A stretch of 62,999 nucleotides of DNA, filler included, from Octopus bimaculoides (Eukaryota), in NCBI RefSeq assembly GCF_001194135.2. It is 5 parts of 5 records of this genome, joined end to end, with 100 filler letters (N's around TTAATTAATTAA, not from the genome) between each part and the next. Parts side by side here need not be neighbours in the genome. Positions count along the whole stretch, not along the records: positions 28,992 to 53,010 come from NC_068987.1; positions 53,111 to 61,672 come from NC_068983.1; positions 61,773 to 62,999 come from NC_068982.1; 2 more parts are not named here. One strand, 5' to 3'. The notes under the pieces are model-generated. The model saw only the letters and a list, made by a program, of their open reading frames with translations, did not search any database and was not told where the DNA came from. A program made the translations under genes and the position numbers. The stretch's first letter is position 1, and each line of letters begins with the position of its first letter. Of this stretch, positions 52,240 through 62,699 are shown one piece after another.

Positions 52240-52900
52240 TGTTATTATTTAGCTTTAATTTCAAGATTTCTTGCCAATAAAGAGTCGGTTTCTAACCAAC
52301 AACCAAAGCTCCTTCACTGGAATTTCAACATCAACGGGGTATTTTTGTATGTATGTATGTATGAATGCATGTATGTATGTATGTATGTATGTAAGGATGG
52401 ATGCATGCATGTATGTATGTCTATGTGCAAATTTGTGTTTTGTTTTATGTATGTATTCTCATGCATATAGTTGCAAGTCTAGACATACTCATATATACTT
52501 AAGTGATAAACTTCTGGTAAGTTTTACAGATTTTTACAGTTCCAGTGATGGCTTGGACCTGTAGTCTTCGAATCAGCTTTCTCCTTTCTGGTTTCGAGAA
52601 GCCTAATTTCTCAAGATTGGTATTTAGGTGGTGTATTACATAACCCAGTGCCCCAATAATTACAGGTATAAGCTTTATTTTGAATTCTGGATAGAGTAAC
52701 TGTAGATTGATTACTCAATAGTTCACCAGAGGTATTTATTTCGCCGATCTTTAGCTCTATGTTAACATCCGCTGGGCAGCTGATTTCCACAACTGTACAT
52801 GTATGTATGTCATTATTCAGTTTATTTCAAGATTTCTTGTCAATAGAGAAAGAACCGGTTTCTAACCTAGATCCAAGGCTCCTTCATTGAAATTTCAACG
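52240..52900 (-). mobile_element. Dong/R4-type LINE 3' fragment (52240-52800) plus a second 3' tail (52808-52900)
   Basis: Minus translation CTVVEISCPADVNIELKI..LQLLYPEFKIKLIPVIIGALGYVIHHLNTNLEKLGFSKPERRKLIRRLQVQAITGTVKICKTYQKFIT*; homologous to 16163-16880. Confidence 0.82.
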
Positions 52901-52945
52901 TTTTTTTTGGAATTCTCCCTATATATATATATATATATATATATA

Positions 52946-53780
52946 CAGGGTGCGTAAAGTATTTGAAGATATAACTTTTTGGGGTCATTGCTGCATTTTT
53001 TGGGGTTGTCNNNNNNNNNNNNNNNNNNNNNNNNNNNNNNNNNNNNNNNNNNNNTTAATTAATTAANNNNNNNNNNNNNNNNNNNNNNNNNNNNNNNNNN
53101 NNNNNNNNNNTATATATGGGTGGAGTTTAGTTGATGAATGCTGCCATAATCCTTGCCTTCAGTTACAAGGAGTTTTCTTGGTCTCTCGCTCAGCTTCGCC
53201 CCACACATAATAATCAAGGGGATTGCAGTCTGGGGAGTTAGGTGGCCAGCTGTTAGGGGTGATGTGGTCACAGAAATTGTCTGACAGCCATGACTGGGTT
53301 CTCCTAATTGTATGGCATGGTGCAGATTCCTGTTGCCAGACATAGGGTCTTCCAGCAGCCACCCTCTAGACCCAGAGCAGCACTAAATCCTCCAATCACT
53401 TGATGTAAGCCTCCCTGTTGAGTTTGAGGCCGTGTGGAAAGATGAATGGAAACATAACGTCGCCATCACCAGTAATCACTCCAAACACCATGATGTTGAC
53501 TGGATGTTTGATCTTTAATCATTCTCGGTACATCTCAGATTGCGCTGTCTTCATATTGACACCCCAAAACTCTGAAATGTTTGTATTGGAGCTTCCGGCC
53601 CGAATGCCAAGCAGTCCAGCATGTCGTTTCCAAATTTCTGGCAGAGTGAATTGTATCATGGTGCTGTTTTACTCAGAGACAGTGCCCAACTGACCCTACG
53701 ATACTGTGTATGTAGTCAAGTCAAAATATCTTTTACTTCGCATGCGCTAAGTAAAAGACAATTTACCCATCGCACTTTGT
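52946..53780 (-). mobile_element. Internally deleted maT (DD37D) Tc1/mariner element
   Basis: ATG at 53659 begins MIQFTLPEIWKRHA..., followed by KHPVNIMVFGVI..PFIF.., then WQQE(D)SAPCH-37 aa-PLDYYVWG. The left end is TA-CAGGGTGCG. The element spans a gap. Confidence 0.85.
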
Positions 53781-53992
53781 GTGCGTGTGTTTAAATTTAT
53801 TTAGGGGAATCGTTTTGAACATTCAAATGAAGCCCCTATTCTATTATGCCAGCTACAGTCTTATGATACTGACTGGTGAACCAAATTTTTGAGATTGTAC
53901 AGAGCTGTACAATATTAATGTATTAAAATATTTATAAACTCTATCCAAGTGCCATTCTTATTATTATTACTACATACACACATACATAAAGG

Positions 53993-54380
53993 AAATAAGT
54001 AACAAGGATGTCCAGGTATTAGTGCATTACGGCCGTTGCAAGCGGCTCCATTTAATCGATCAATGCAAACATTGCATCAATTTAAAATAAAGAAAAGTAT
54101 TTTCTTCTGCCACTCTAAATCATAGCAGGCTTTAGGTATTTTTTTCCCTAAATTCATTCTTATACAATAATAGCAAGAAGAAACAATGTATTCTAGTCCT
54201 AGGAAAATTTTGCTAAAACATTATAAGGGAGTATCCTGTATGTTGGAAATCTATATGCTCATACGCATCCGAGGAGAGCGGTTTGTTTTAAATTGATGTA
54301 CTGTTTGCATTGATCGATTAAATGGAGCCGCTTGAAACAGCCGTAATGTACTAATACCTGGACATCCTTGTTACGTATTT
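53993..54380. mobile_element. MITE with ~95-bp terminal inverted repeats
   Basis: 53993-54090 (GTAACAAGGATGTCCAGGTATTAG...CATCAATTTAAAA) is the reverse complement of about 54286-54380. Confidence 0.85.
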
Positions 54381-54530
54381 GCTTTTTATTCACTTAATTT
54401 CGAGCTGTGCGGACAACACTGGACAGATTTGGTGCGTCAATTTAAGTACCTAATTCAAATGAATTTTAGATATTTCTTATATATATATAACATTCAAGAG
54501 AAGGAGAAAATGGTATTCATAAGATTCATT

Positions 54531-54612
54531 ATTAATCACTACGATCGTTTCGACCCATCGTGCATCGGTCCTTCACGATGCCCATTGGCTCGAAATGATC
54601 GTAGTGATTAAT
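54531..54612. other. 82-nt hairpin: CACTA...TAGTG mini-element or pre-miRNA-like stem-loop
   Basis: 23-bp outer stem with one G-T pair, a 7-bp inner stem CATCGTG/CACGATG and an 11-nt loop. CACTA starts at 54537, TAGTG ends at 54606, and ATTAAT flanks both sides. Confidence 0.6.
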
Positions 54613-54743
54613 TAAAAAGCTCGGAAATTCCGTTTCCTCTTTCTCTCATGTTATATATTCAATGATGAATCAGTTACCCGAAAAGAGTAAACGTGCTTAA
54701 AATAACATATTACCATGTGTATACCCAAATTTGAAATTATTAT

Positions 54744-54777
<34 letters not shown>

Positions 54778-55061
54778 NNNNNNNNNNNNNNNNNNNNNNN
54801 NNNNNNNNNNNNNNNNNNNNNNNNNNNNNNNNNNNNNNNNNNNNNNNNNNNNNNNNNNNNNNNNNNNNNNNNNNNNNNNNNNNNNNNNNNNNNNNNNNNN
54901 NNNNNNNNNNNNNNNNNNNNNNNNNNNNNNNNNNNNNNNNNNNNNNNNNNNNNNNNNNNNNNNNNNNNNNNNNNNNNNNNNNNNNNNNNNNNNNNNNNNN
55001 NNNNNNNNNNNNNNNNNNNNNNNNNNNNNNNNNNNNNNNNNNNNNNNNNNNNNNNNNNNNT

Positions 55062-55288
55062 GTTATTTCTTTACTACCCACAAGGGGCTACACACAGAGG
55101 GGACAAACAAGGACAGACAAATGGATTAAATCGATTATATCGACCCAGTGCGTAACTGGTACTTATTTAATCGACCCCGAAAGGATGAAAGGCAAAGTCG
55201 ACCTCGGCGGAATTTGAACTCAGAACGTAGCGGCAGACGAAATACCGCTTAGCATTTCGCCCGACGTGCTAACGTTTCTGCCAGCTCG
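55062..55288 (-). mobile_element. Low-divergence SINE family A, long-tail subfamily
   Basis: Reverse complement of CGAGCTGGCAGAAACGTTAGCACGTCGGGCGAAATGC...CCCTTGTGGGTAGTAAAGAAATA. Confidence 0.92.
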
Positions 55289-55723
55289 TGTGTGTGTGTG
55301 TATTTGTTCAACAGTTTAATACTACGATTACAACAACAACAACCACAGTACAAATCAACTATAATCAATAAATATGAAACAAGAATATCAGTTAGGAATT
55401 GTTTATTGTTTTCTTCTTTATTATAGCAATTGTTTTCTTTATTGATTTCTTTTGTTTTTGATCATCTTGGCCGTCACAGATACACCAGTCATGGATTGAT
55501 GAACCAGTCATGGATTGATGAACCAGACAGCTTCTCTCATCGTCTCTCTTCCCCTACACCTTATCGCACACATTTAGCAGTGAATGCTTGGATGTATGAA
55601 TGTGAGTTTTAATGTTTACAAACTCTGAGGGTATACATGTGTGTGTGTGTGTCTGTGTGTGTATGAGTGTGTGTATGTGTGTGTGTGTATGCGTGCACGC
55701 TCGCGCGTAAATATATTTATGGG

Positions 55724-55766
<43 letters not shown>

Positions 55767-55930
55767 TTATAAATTTGCACAAAGCGTATATATATATATA
55801 TATATATATGCGTACAAACATACATACATATGCTTAAATATTTCACACACACTAATGTATGTAAACGTGTGCGTGCGTATGAGTGGAAGTACACATACAA
55901 GTAAGCAATAAATAAATATATATACATACA

Positions 55931-56034
<104 letters not shown>

Positions 56035-56644
56035 CACACATATATATATGTATATATACACACACACACGCACATACGTACATGTATATATGTATATGTA
56101 TGTATATACAAACATGCAGACGCATGCGTAATTGAAAGACTTGTTTGCAGCTATAAAGAATATATCGATGTGCGTATGTGTGTGTGTGTATGTGTGTCAC
56201 CATATGAGTGATTGGCCACATTCACTTTGTAGTACCAGATTTTGCGTGTCTGTGTCTGTGTGTGTATGTGTATGTGTACACACACACACACACACACACA
56301 CACCTGCAAACACACCTGCAAACACACACATAAACATTCACAAACAAAGACGCACACATTGATCAATTCCTATATATCTGACATCTGATATTGCTTTGCC
56401 TCCTCAGTAATTTGTTCTTTCATTTCAAAATATAATTGTTTGATTATTGCTTCACAGTGTTATCTTCATTTTTCTGTAATTCTGTTATTGTCGTTTTTTC
56501 TCTTACGTATTTTTCCTGTTTAAGATATCTACTCTCAGATGCCAGTTATCTGCAACAGTATTTATAGCAGTGGAGGTGGTAAAAATAGTTCTACTATGAA
56601 GTGTATATTATTTTTATTCTCACGCTTTCGCATCTAATTGTTTG

Positions 56645-56653
56645 TTATTATTA

Positions 56654-56697
<44 letters not shown>

Positions 56698-56727
56698 GTG
56701 ATTATTATTATTATTATTATTATTGTG

Positions 56728-56763
<36 letters not shown>

Positions 56764-56766
56764 GTG

Positions 56767-56799
<33 letters not shown>

Positions 56800-56826
56800 G
56801 TGATTATTATTATTACTATTATTGTG

Positions 56827-56863
<37 letters not shown>

Positions 56864-56920
56864 GTATTANNNNNNNNNNTTATTATTATTATTGTGATTA
56901 TTATTATTACTATTATTGTG

Positions 56921-56957
<37 letters not shown>

Positions 56958-56975
56958 GTATTAGTATTAGTATTA
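56645..56975. repeat. Compound (TAT)n array punctuated by TGTGAT
   Basis: Directly visible higher-order trinucleotide repeat. Confidence 0.92.
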
Positions 56976-57051
56976 AGGCGGGTGTTGATATGGCCTTTAT
57001 TAATACAGTACATTTAAAAATAATATGCTCCTAATGTATGCATGAGTGCAT

Positions 57052-57100
<49 letters not shown>

Positions 57101-57326
57101 CAAATATACAGAAATATATGTGCGTGTGTGCGTGTGTGTGTGTGTGCACGTGTGCGCGCGTGTGTGTATTGATGGGTTTATGTATGTATACACTTTCTGT
57201 ACTAGTATATAAAGTTCATAATCATAAGAGTTGTGCCCTAGCTAAGAAATAAAGTTTCTGCGTTGGTTGTATATATGTTATGTGTAGATATACGTATACA
57301 TGCATATGTATATATATATATATATA

Positions 57327-57364
<38 letters not shown>

Positions 57365-58432
57365 TATGTATTTATATATATATGTATATATGTGTGTATG
57401 TGTGTGTAAGTATNNNNNNNNNNNNNNNNNNNNNNNNNNNNNNNNNNNNNNNNNNNNNNNNNNNNNNNNNNNNNNNNNNNNNNNNNNNNNNNNNNNNNNN
57501 NNNNNNNNNNNNNNNNNNNNNNNNNNNNNNNNNNNNNNNNNNNNNNNNNNNNNNNNNNNNNNNNNNNNNNNNNNNNNNNNNNNNNNNNNNNNNNNNNNNN
57601 NNNNNNNNNNNNNNNNNNNNNNNNNNNNNNNNNNNNNNNNNNNNNNNNNNNNNNNNNNNNNNNNNNNNNNNNNNNNNNNNNNNNNNNNNNNNNNNNNNNN
57701 NNNNNNNNNNNNNNNNNNNNNNNNNNNNNNNNNNNNNNNNNNNNNNNNNNNNNNNNNNNNNNNNNNNNNNNNNNNNNNNNNNNNNNNNNNNNNNNNNNNN
57801 NNNNNNNNNNNNNNNNNNNNNNNNNNNNNNNNNNNNNNNNNNNNNNNNNNNNNNNNNNNNNNNNNNNNNNNNNNNNNNNNNNNNNNNNNNNNNNNNNNNN
57901 NNNNNNNNNNNNNNNNNNNNNNNNNNNNNNNNNNNNNNNNNNNNNNNNNNNNNNNNNNNNNNNNNNNNNNNNNNNNNNNNNNNNNNNNNNNNNNNNNNNN
58001 NNNNTATATATATATATATAGTTGTGTGTACAGGTATGTATTTATATACGTGTGCGTGTGTTTAAGTTTGTGGACATGTGTATATACGCATACATACACA
58101 AATGTGTGTATTGAGCAGTCTAATTGCCCAATCAAACTGCACAATGGAAAGGTGTTTACTTAGTTATGTAGCCACTTATATACAAAAATATATGAATAAA
58201 TAAAAGCGACAGAATAACACTTAATGTTTTAATTAATCAACATTTAACAATTATCAGCGGCTTTTGAAAATAAGTGAAAATGGCGTTCCTGTTCAAATGT
58301 AGGTGTTGTTGGTGTTGTTGCTTCTGGCAGGGGGCGCTGGTGGTAAACGTATTTTTTGTGGTGGTGTTTCTGTGATGCTGATGGTACGATGGATCTAAGT
58401 GATGATAGTGGTTTTACTTGTGGTTTGTCGCT

Positions 58433-58675
58433 GTTTAGCTCCAGGTCAACTCCAAGAGAGCAGACCTATGATCGAAAAGATTCCAGTCATGACTATCCAG
58501 TTGTTCTTTTTTTCTTCTCATTTTGCGATGCGTTACATATATCTTGGGCTACATTATTTAACGTATACCCTTCCTTCTTTTTCTTTAAGGCGGTGTAGTG
58601 TCGTGATTTGAGTGAGATTTGCCTGGTATTTCTAGCATGTCGAGCGACTATGTAGAGGCTCCCTTGCTGGCTAGT
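58433..58675 (+). repeat. Interspersed repeat family D, most complete copy
   Basis: GTTTAGCTCCAGGTCAAC...GCAGACCTATGATC...GATTTGAGTGAGATTTG..TATTTCTAGCATGTCGAGCGAC..GTAGAGGCTCCCT. Confidence 0.7.
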
Positions 58676-58689
58676 TAGTAGTGGTATCT

Positions 58690-59061
58690 GATTATGGTAA
58701 TAGTGACAGTGGAAATGACATTGGTGGTAGTGTTGTTGTTATTGTTGGTGAGTGTGTAATGTAAGTAATGATGATGATCATAATGATATTGTAGTTGGTA
58801 GTAGCGTTGGTAGCTGGTGCTGTTTGTAGTATTAATAGTGTTAATAATGATGATTTTGGTGTTGGCGGCGGCGGTGGTAGTGGCGGTGATATAGTAGTGG
58901 TGTTGAAAGTAATAGCATGTACCAACTGCAATAGCACTAGTTGTTGTTGTTGTGGTGGTGGTGGTGGTAGTTTTACATCCAGCAAACTAGTATATAGTAG
59001 TAAAGTGGTGTTCTTATTGGTATGTGTATAAGTTGTGATAACCTTACTAGCAGCGGTGGTG

Positions 59062-59111
<50 letters not shown>

Positions 59112-59228
59112 TGTAGTGGTAGTAGTAGTGCTGGTGTTGGGGAGATGCCAGGGTGATGATAAATAGAATGTCGACGATTCATGACAATTTAGTATTATAG
59201 TGATAACAGTAATGTATTGATGAGGAAA

Positions 59229-59278
<50 letters not shown>

Positions 59279-59280
59279 TT
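58690..59280. repeat. GTA/GGT/GTT trinucleotide low-complexity tract
   Basis: Directly visible. Confidence 0.9.
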
Positions 59281-59930
59281 TTGACAGAAGTTGATTAAGT
59301 GTGCAAAATGAGATACTTGATGACAACTGTTTTGTTCCTTATTGTTTGTTTGTTTTTGTTTTTCTTTGGGGGGAGGGGGATTTATTTTTTATTTTTGTTT
59401 TTCTTTTTTCTTTCAGGATACACACACATTTAAACACATATATATATACATTATATGGATGTTGCTACCAGGACAACAATGGGTGATGGTTGCTATGAGA
59501 CAAGCATCAGGTCGCATAACCAGCTTATGTTTGGCAGGGTAATGATGCATAACTTGCACAACCGGCTTGTCATCTTGATTTGTAAGTAGTGTAAACGTAT
59601 TTATCTCTTGAAGGACATCGACTCAGAGAGCATACCAGGTGCTTTGTGAGGGTGGAAGGAGGTAAGGGGGATGCGTAAAGGTGCTGTTGGTGAATGTGCT
59701 GCGAGTAGGCTGAGCACAGAAAAAGATTTTTTGAGAACGGCAGATATCTAGCGATCGTTGAAGGAAAAAACGAAAACCAAAAAAAAAAAAAAGAAAGAAA
59801 TATATTAAAGAAAGAAGGAATGAAAGAAAGAAGGATCAATGAAGAAAGAAAGGTAGGAAGGAAGCAGAGAAGCTTTGTATAGAATGAAAAGGTTACACAG
59901 ACTGACAAACAAAAAGACAGAGAAAGTGGA

Positions 59931-59965
<35 letters not shown>

Positions 59966-60060
59966 GAGTGAGGTGATGGTCGTGAAGTTTTGTGTAATTG
60001 ACAGTTTTCTCAATGTTATGCAGGATTTAACAAAAGATAGATAGAAAGATAGATAGGTAA

Positions 60061-60105
<45 letters not shown>

Positions 60106-60616
60106 GAGAGGGGGTAGACAGAAGGTCAATGAAATATATAACAGATTGATAGTGATGAAGATGTGAAGTGTGTGTATGTGTGTATGTGAGAGAGAGGAGA
60201 GAGAGAGAGAAAGGTAGATGTAGAAAAGACAGTGAAATATGTGAATTAAAGAAGATAGAAGAGAAGGCAGTAGGGGTGAGAAAAAGTGCGCCGTGGATTT
60301 GAGATAAAGTTGATTCAATGCAAGAATATGTCGTCAACATCAAAAAGTCTTACTCAAACAACAATTTCAAGACCAACAACAGCAACAAAAAAATAAATAA
60401 AAATAATAAAAATGAAATAAAACAAGAATAAAGAAGAAACACCAAGAAAACACTTTAGAATTAAATAAAAGTTTATGCTTTGAACAAACAACAACAACAA
60501 AAAGAACAACAAAAATAAACCAAATCTATTGCATGCTTGATCTGAAACCGTTTGTCTGTTTTGGTGTTTTAACGTTGTAAACGATATTTACATACATCAC
60601 ATAAATATATACAGAA

Positions 60617-60663
<47 letters not shown>

Positions 60664-60964
60664 TTGTGTATATATAAATATGTATACTTACATATATACA
60701 TAGATATTTACATATATATGTATTATATATATATGTATATGTATGTGTATAGTATATAGATATACATGAGAGAGAAAGTGAAAGTGAGAGAGAAAGGTGT
60801 GAGTGTGACAAGGAAAGGCTATATATATATATATATATAAGTGAGATGCTTAAACGGACAGATAATCACAGGCATATCCTTTGGTGAGAGGGGATGAGGA
60901 GATGTCAGCAAAAAAAAAATTAAAAATTAAAAAAAATAATTGTTTGATGGCAGTCTTAGGTGTT

Positions 60965-61179
60965 TCAAGACTGTTGAAGACGGGCCCTGAAATCCCTCGG
61001 GTCTTTACAATAGTCAAGAAGTTCTTCAATGGTACAGGTATTGTAGCAACATTCACAAACGATCCCACTCCAGTTGCGGTCACGCTTCACCAAGTAGGAC
61101 TTGGCTTTCTTTTTACTAATGATAATGTCTTTGAGTGTACTACTTCTATGGCGGAGACCTCGGGATGCATAAGGTGATA
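60965..61179 (-). CDS. Terminal coding exon of a molluscan-type insulin-like peptide (C-peptide end plus A chain)
   Basis: After a polypyrimidine-CAG acceptor (phase 1) the exon reads [71 protein letters not shown] (TGA at 60967-60965). It has the insulin A-chain pattern CC-x3-C-x8-C, GIV, a dibasic KR site and the MIP-type extra Cys (CxCC). Confidence 0.95.
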
Positions 61180-61206
61180 CTGCAAAAGAAGAAAATAAAA
61201 GAGATC
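61180..61206 (-). promoter_or_regulatory. 3' splice site and polypyrimidine tract of the ILP C-peptide intron
   Basis: Minus strand ATCTCTTTTATTTTCTTCTTTTGCAG|TATCA. Confidence 0.85.
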
Positions 61207-61446
61207 TTAGCTTGTAAAATATAAACAAATTCATTAGTTAGGATAGTAACAATATCATCAACTGCTGTACCTTCATAACCATCAACAATACCATTGAAAA
61301 CCCTCCGAAATATAACTGACACGCACATCATCACCAGATCATTTATATTCAACGAATACATTTTATACATTTATTCTTTTACTGGCAGCAGATAATTAAA
61401 AACGTTAAAAGAGAATCTACAAACAGCAAGAAAGGTAGTTAACTGG

Positions 61447-61488
61447 AATAATATCAGCTGATCCAGTATTGGATCAGCTGATATTATT
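61447..61488. repeat. Perfect 19-bp-arm palindrome with two CAGCTG E-boxes, in the ILP intron
   Basis: AATAATATCAGCTGATCCA-GTAT-TGGATCAGCTGATATTATT. Confidence 0.85.
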
Positions 61489-62039
61489 GAACAAGAAGGT
61501 TTTGTAATCATGCACAGCATTCACATGGCTGTATGGAAACATTTTGAAAACCTTCTCACTACCAGAACACGTCAGTTTTCCTAATTATATTTAAATCAGA
61601 AGAGACCTACTTTTATAAGGAAATACTTTTCTAAATATATGTATATATATATGTATATATATGTATATATATNNNNNNNNNNNNNNNNNNNNNNNNNNNN
61701 NNNNNNNNNNNNNNNNTTAATTAATTAANNNNNNNNNNNNNNNNNNNNNNNNNNNNNNNNNNNNNNNNNNNNCCAACTTCGAATTTTCGCGTAAACTGGC
61801 GTTGCAAGCTGAGCTCGTACAGAACCAATTGTAACAGATCATTAAAGATGTTTTAAAGCATTTCTTTGCCTTCTTATTTGGATTACACGCACGCACGCAC
61901 ATATGCACACACGCGCGCGCGCGCACGCACACACACCCATATATAAAGACAGAGCAGAAGAAAGATCACGAAGAGAGATGTGGAAAAGAAATAAGTTTAG
62001 AGAAACATTAAGAAACAGTGACATGTAGTATGGGATGGT

Positions 62040-62096
<57 letters not shown>

Positions 62097-62507
62097 CGGG
62101 TGATGCGATAAAGAGATAAGATAAGGTAAACGGTGAGAAAGTTTCACATGGTTGACCTGTCTGTCTAGATTGTTAAATTAATTGCGAATAACATGATATT
62201 TCCTTGAGATTCCTTGTTCTGTAACATCTCTTTTGACAGAAAACACAGTGTCTGAAATTGGTCATGATATGGCGCTGCTTAAAGCAAATTCGTATCTGGC
62301 ACAGTTCCGTTCAGGGCCATGAAAGCTTGGTGTTCGGGGTGAATTAGAAGAACCGAGTCGGAGAAACTAAATCACGACGCCCACCACCATCATTAGCGTC
62401 CTTGTCATCATTATAAATCAATCGGCGATACGAGCTCACACACACGCACACACACAAGCACATATACATATATGGAATAATTACTATGAAGCATTGTGCA
62501 GATTATA

Positions 62508-62699
62508 TTGTATAAAGGACCGTGGGTAAGGCCAGAACAATGCGAAATAAATGTAAGACAAATCACAAGAAAACAAATATATGAATTAATGTAGACTGAA
62601 TGCAAGGTAAGTCTACATTAATTCATATATTTGTTTTCTTGTGATTTGCCTTGCATTTACTTCGCATTGTTCTGGCCTCACCCATGATCCTTTATACAA
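62508..62699. repeat. Long hairpin (~90-bp arms, 12-nt loop) in the presumed ILP intron
   Basis: 62508-62597 is the reverse complement of 62610-62699, with six mismatches seen, all transitions. Confidence 0.88.

Noticed and set aside
59381-59386. AATAAA on the minus strand ~1.6 kb past the ILP stop, a candidate poly(A) signal
   Set aside because: The hexamer is common in this AT-rich sequence and cannot be assigned without 3' end transcript data.
60881-61177. 98-aa plus-strand ORF overlapping the insulin exon
   Set aside because: It is the antisense shadow of the ILP exon, with no recognisable motifs.
61500-61535. Minus-strand TGT GAA TGC TGT (CECC) in the ILP intron, suggesting a duplicated A-chain exon
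   Set aside because: A stop follows within two codons, there is no KR site or acceptor, and similarity beyond 12 nt is too weak.
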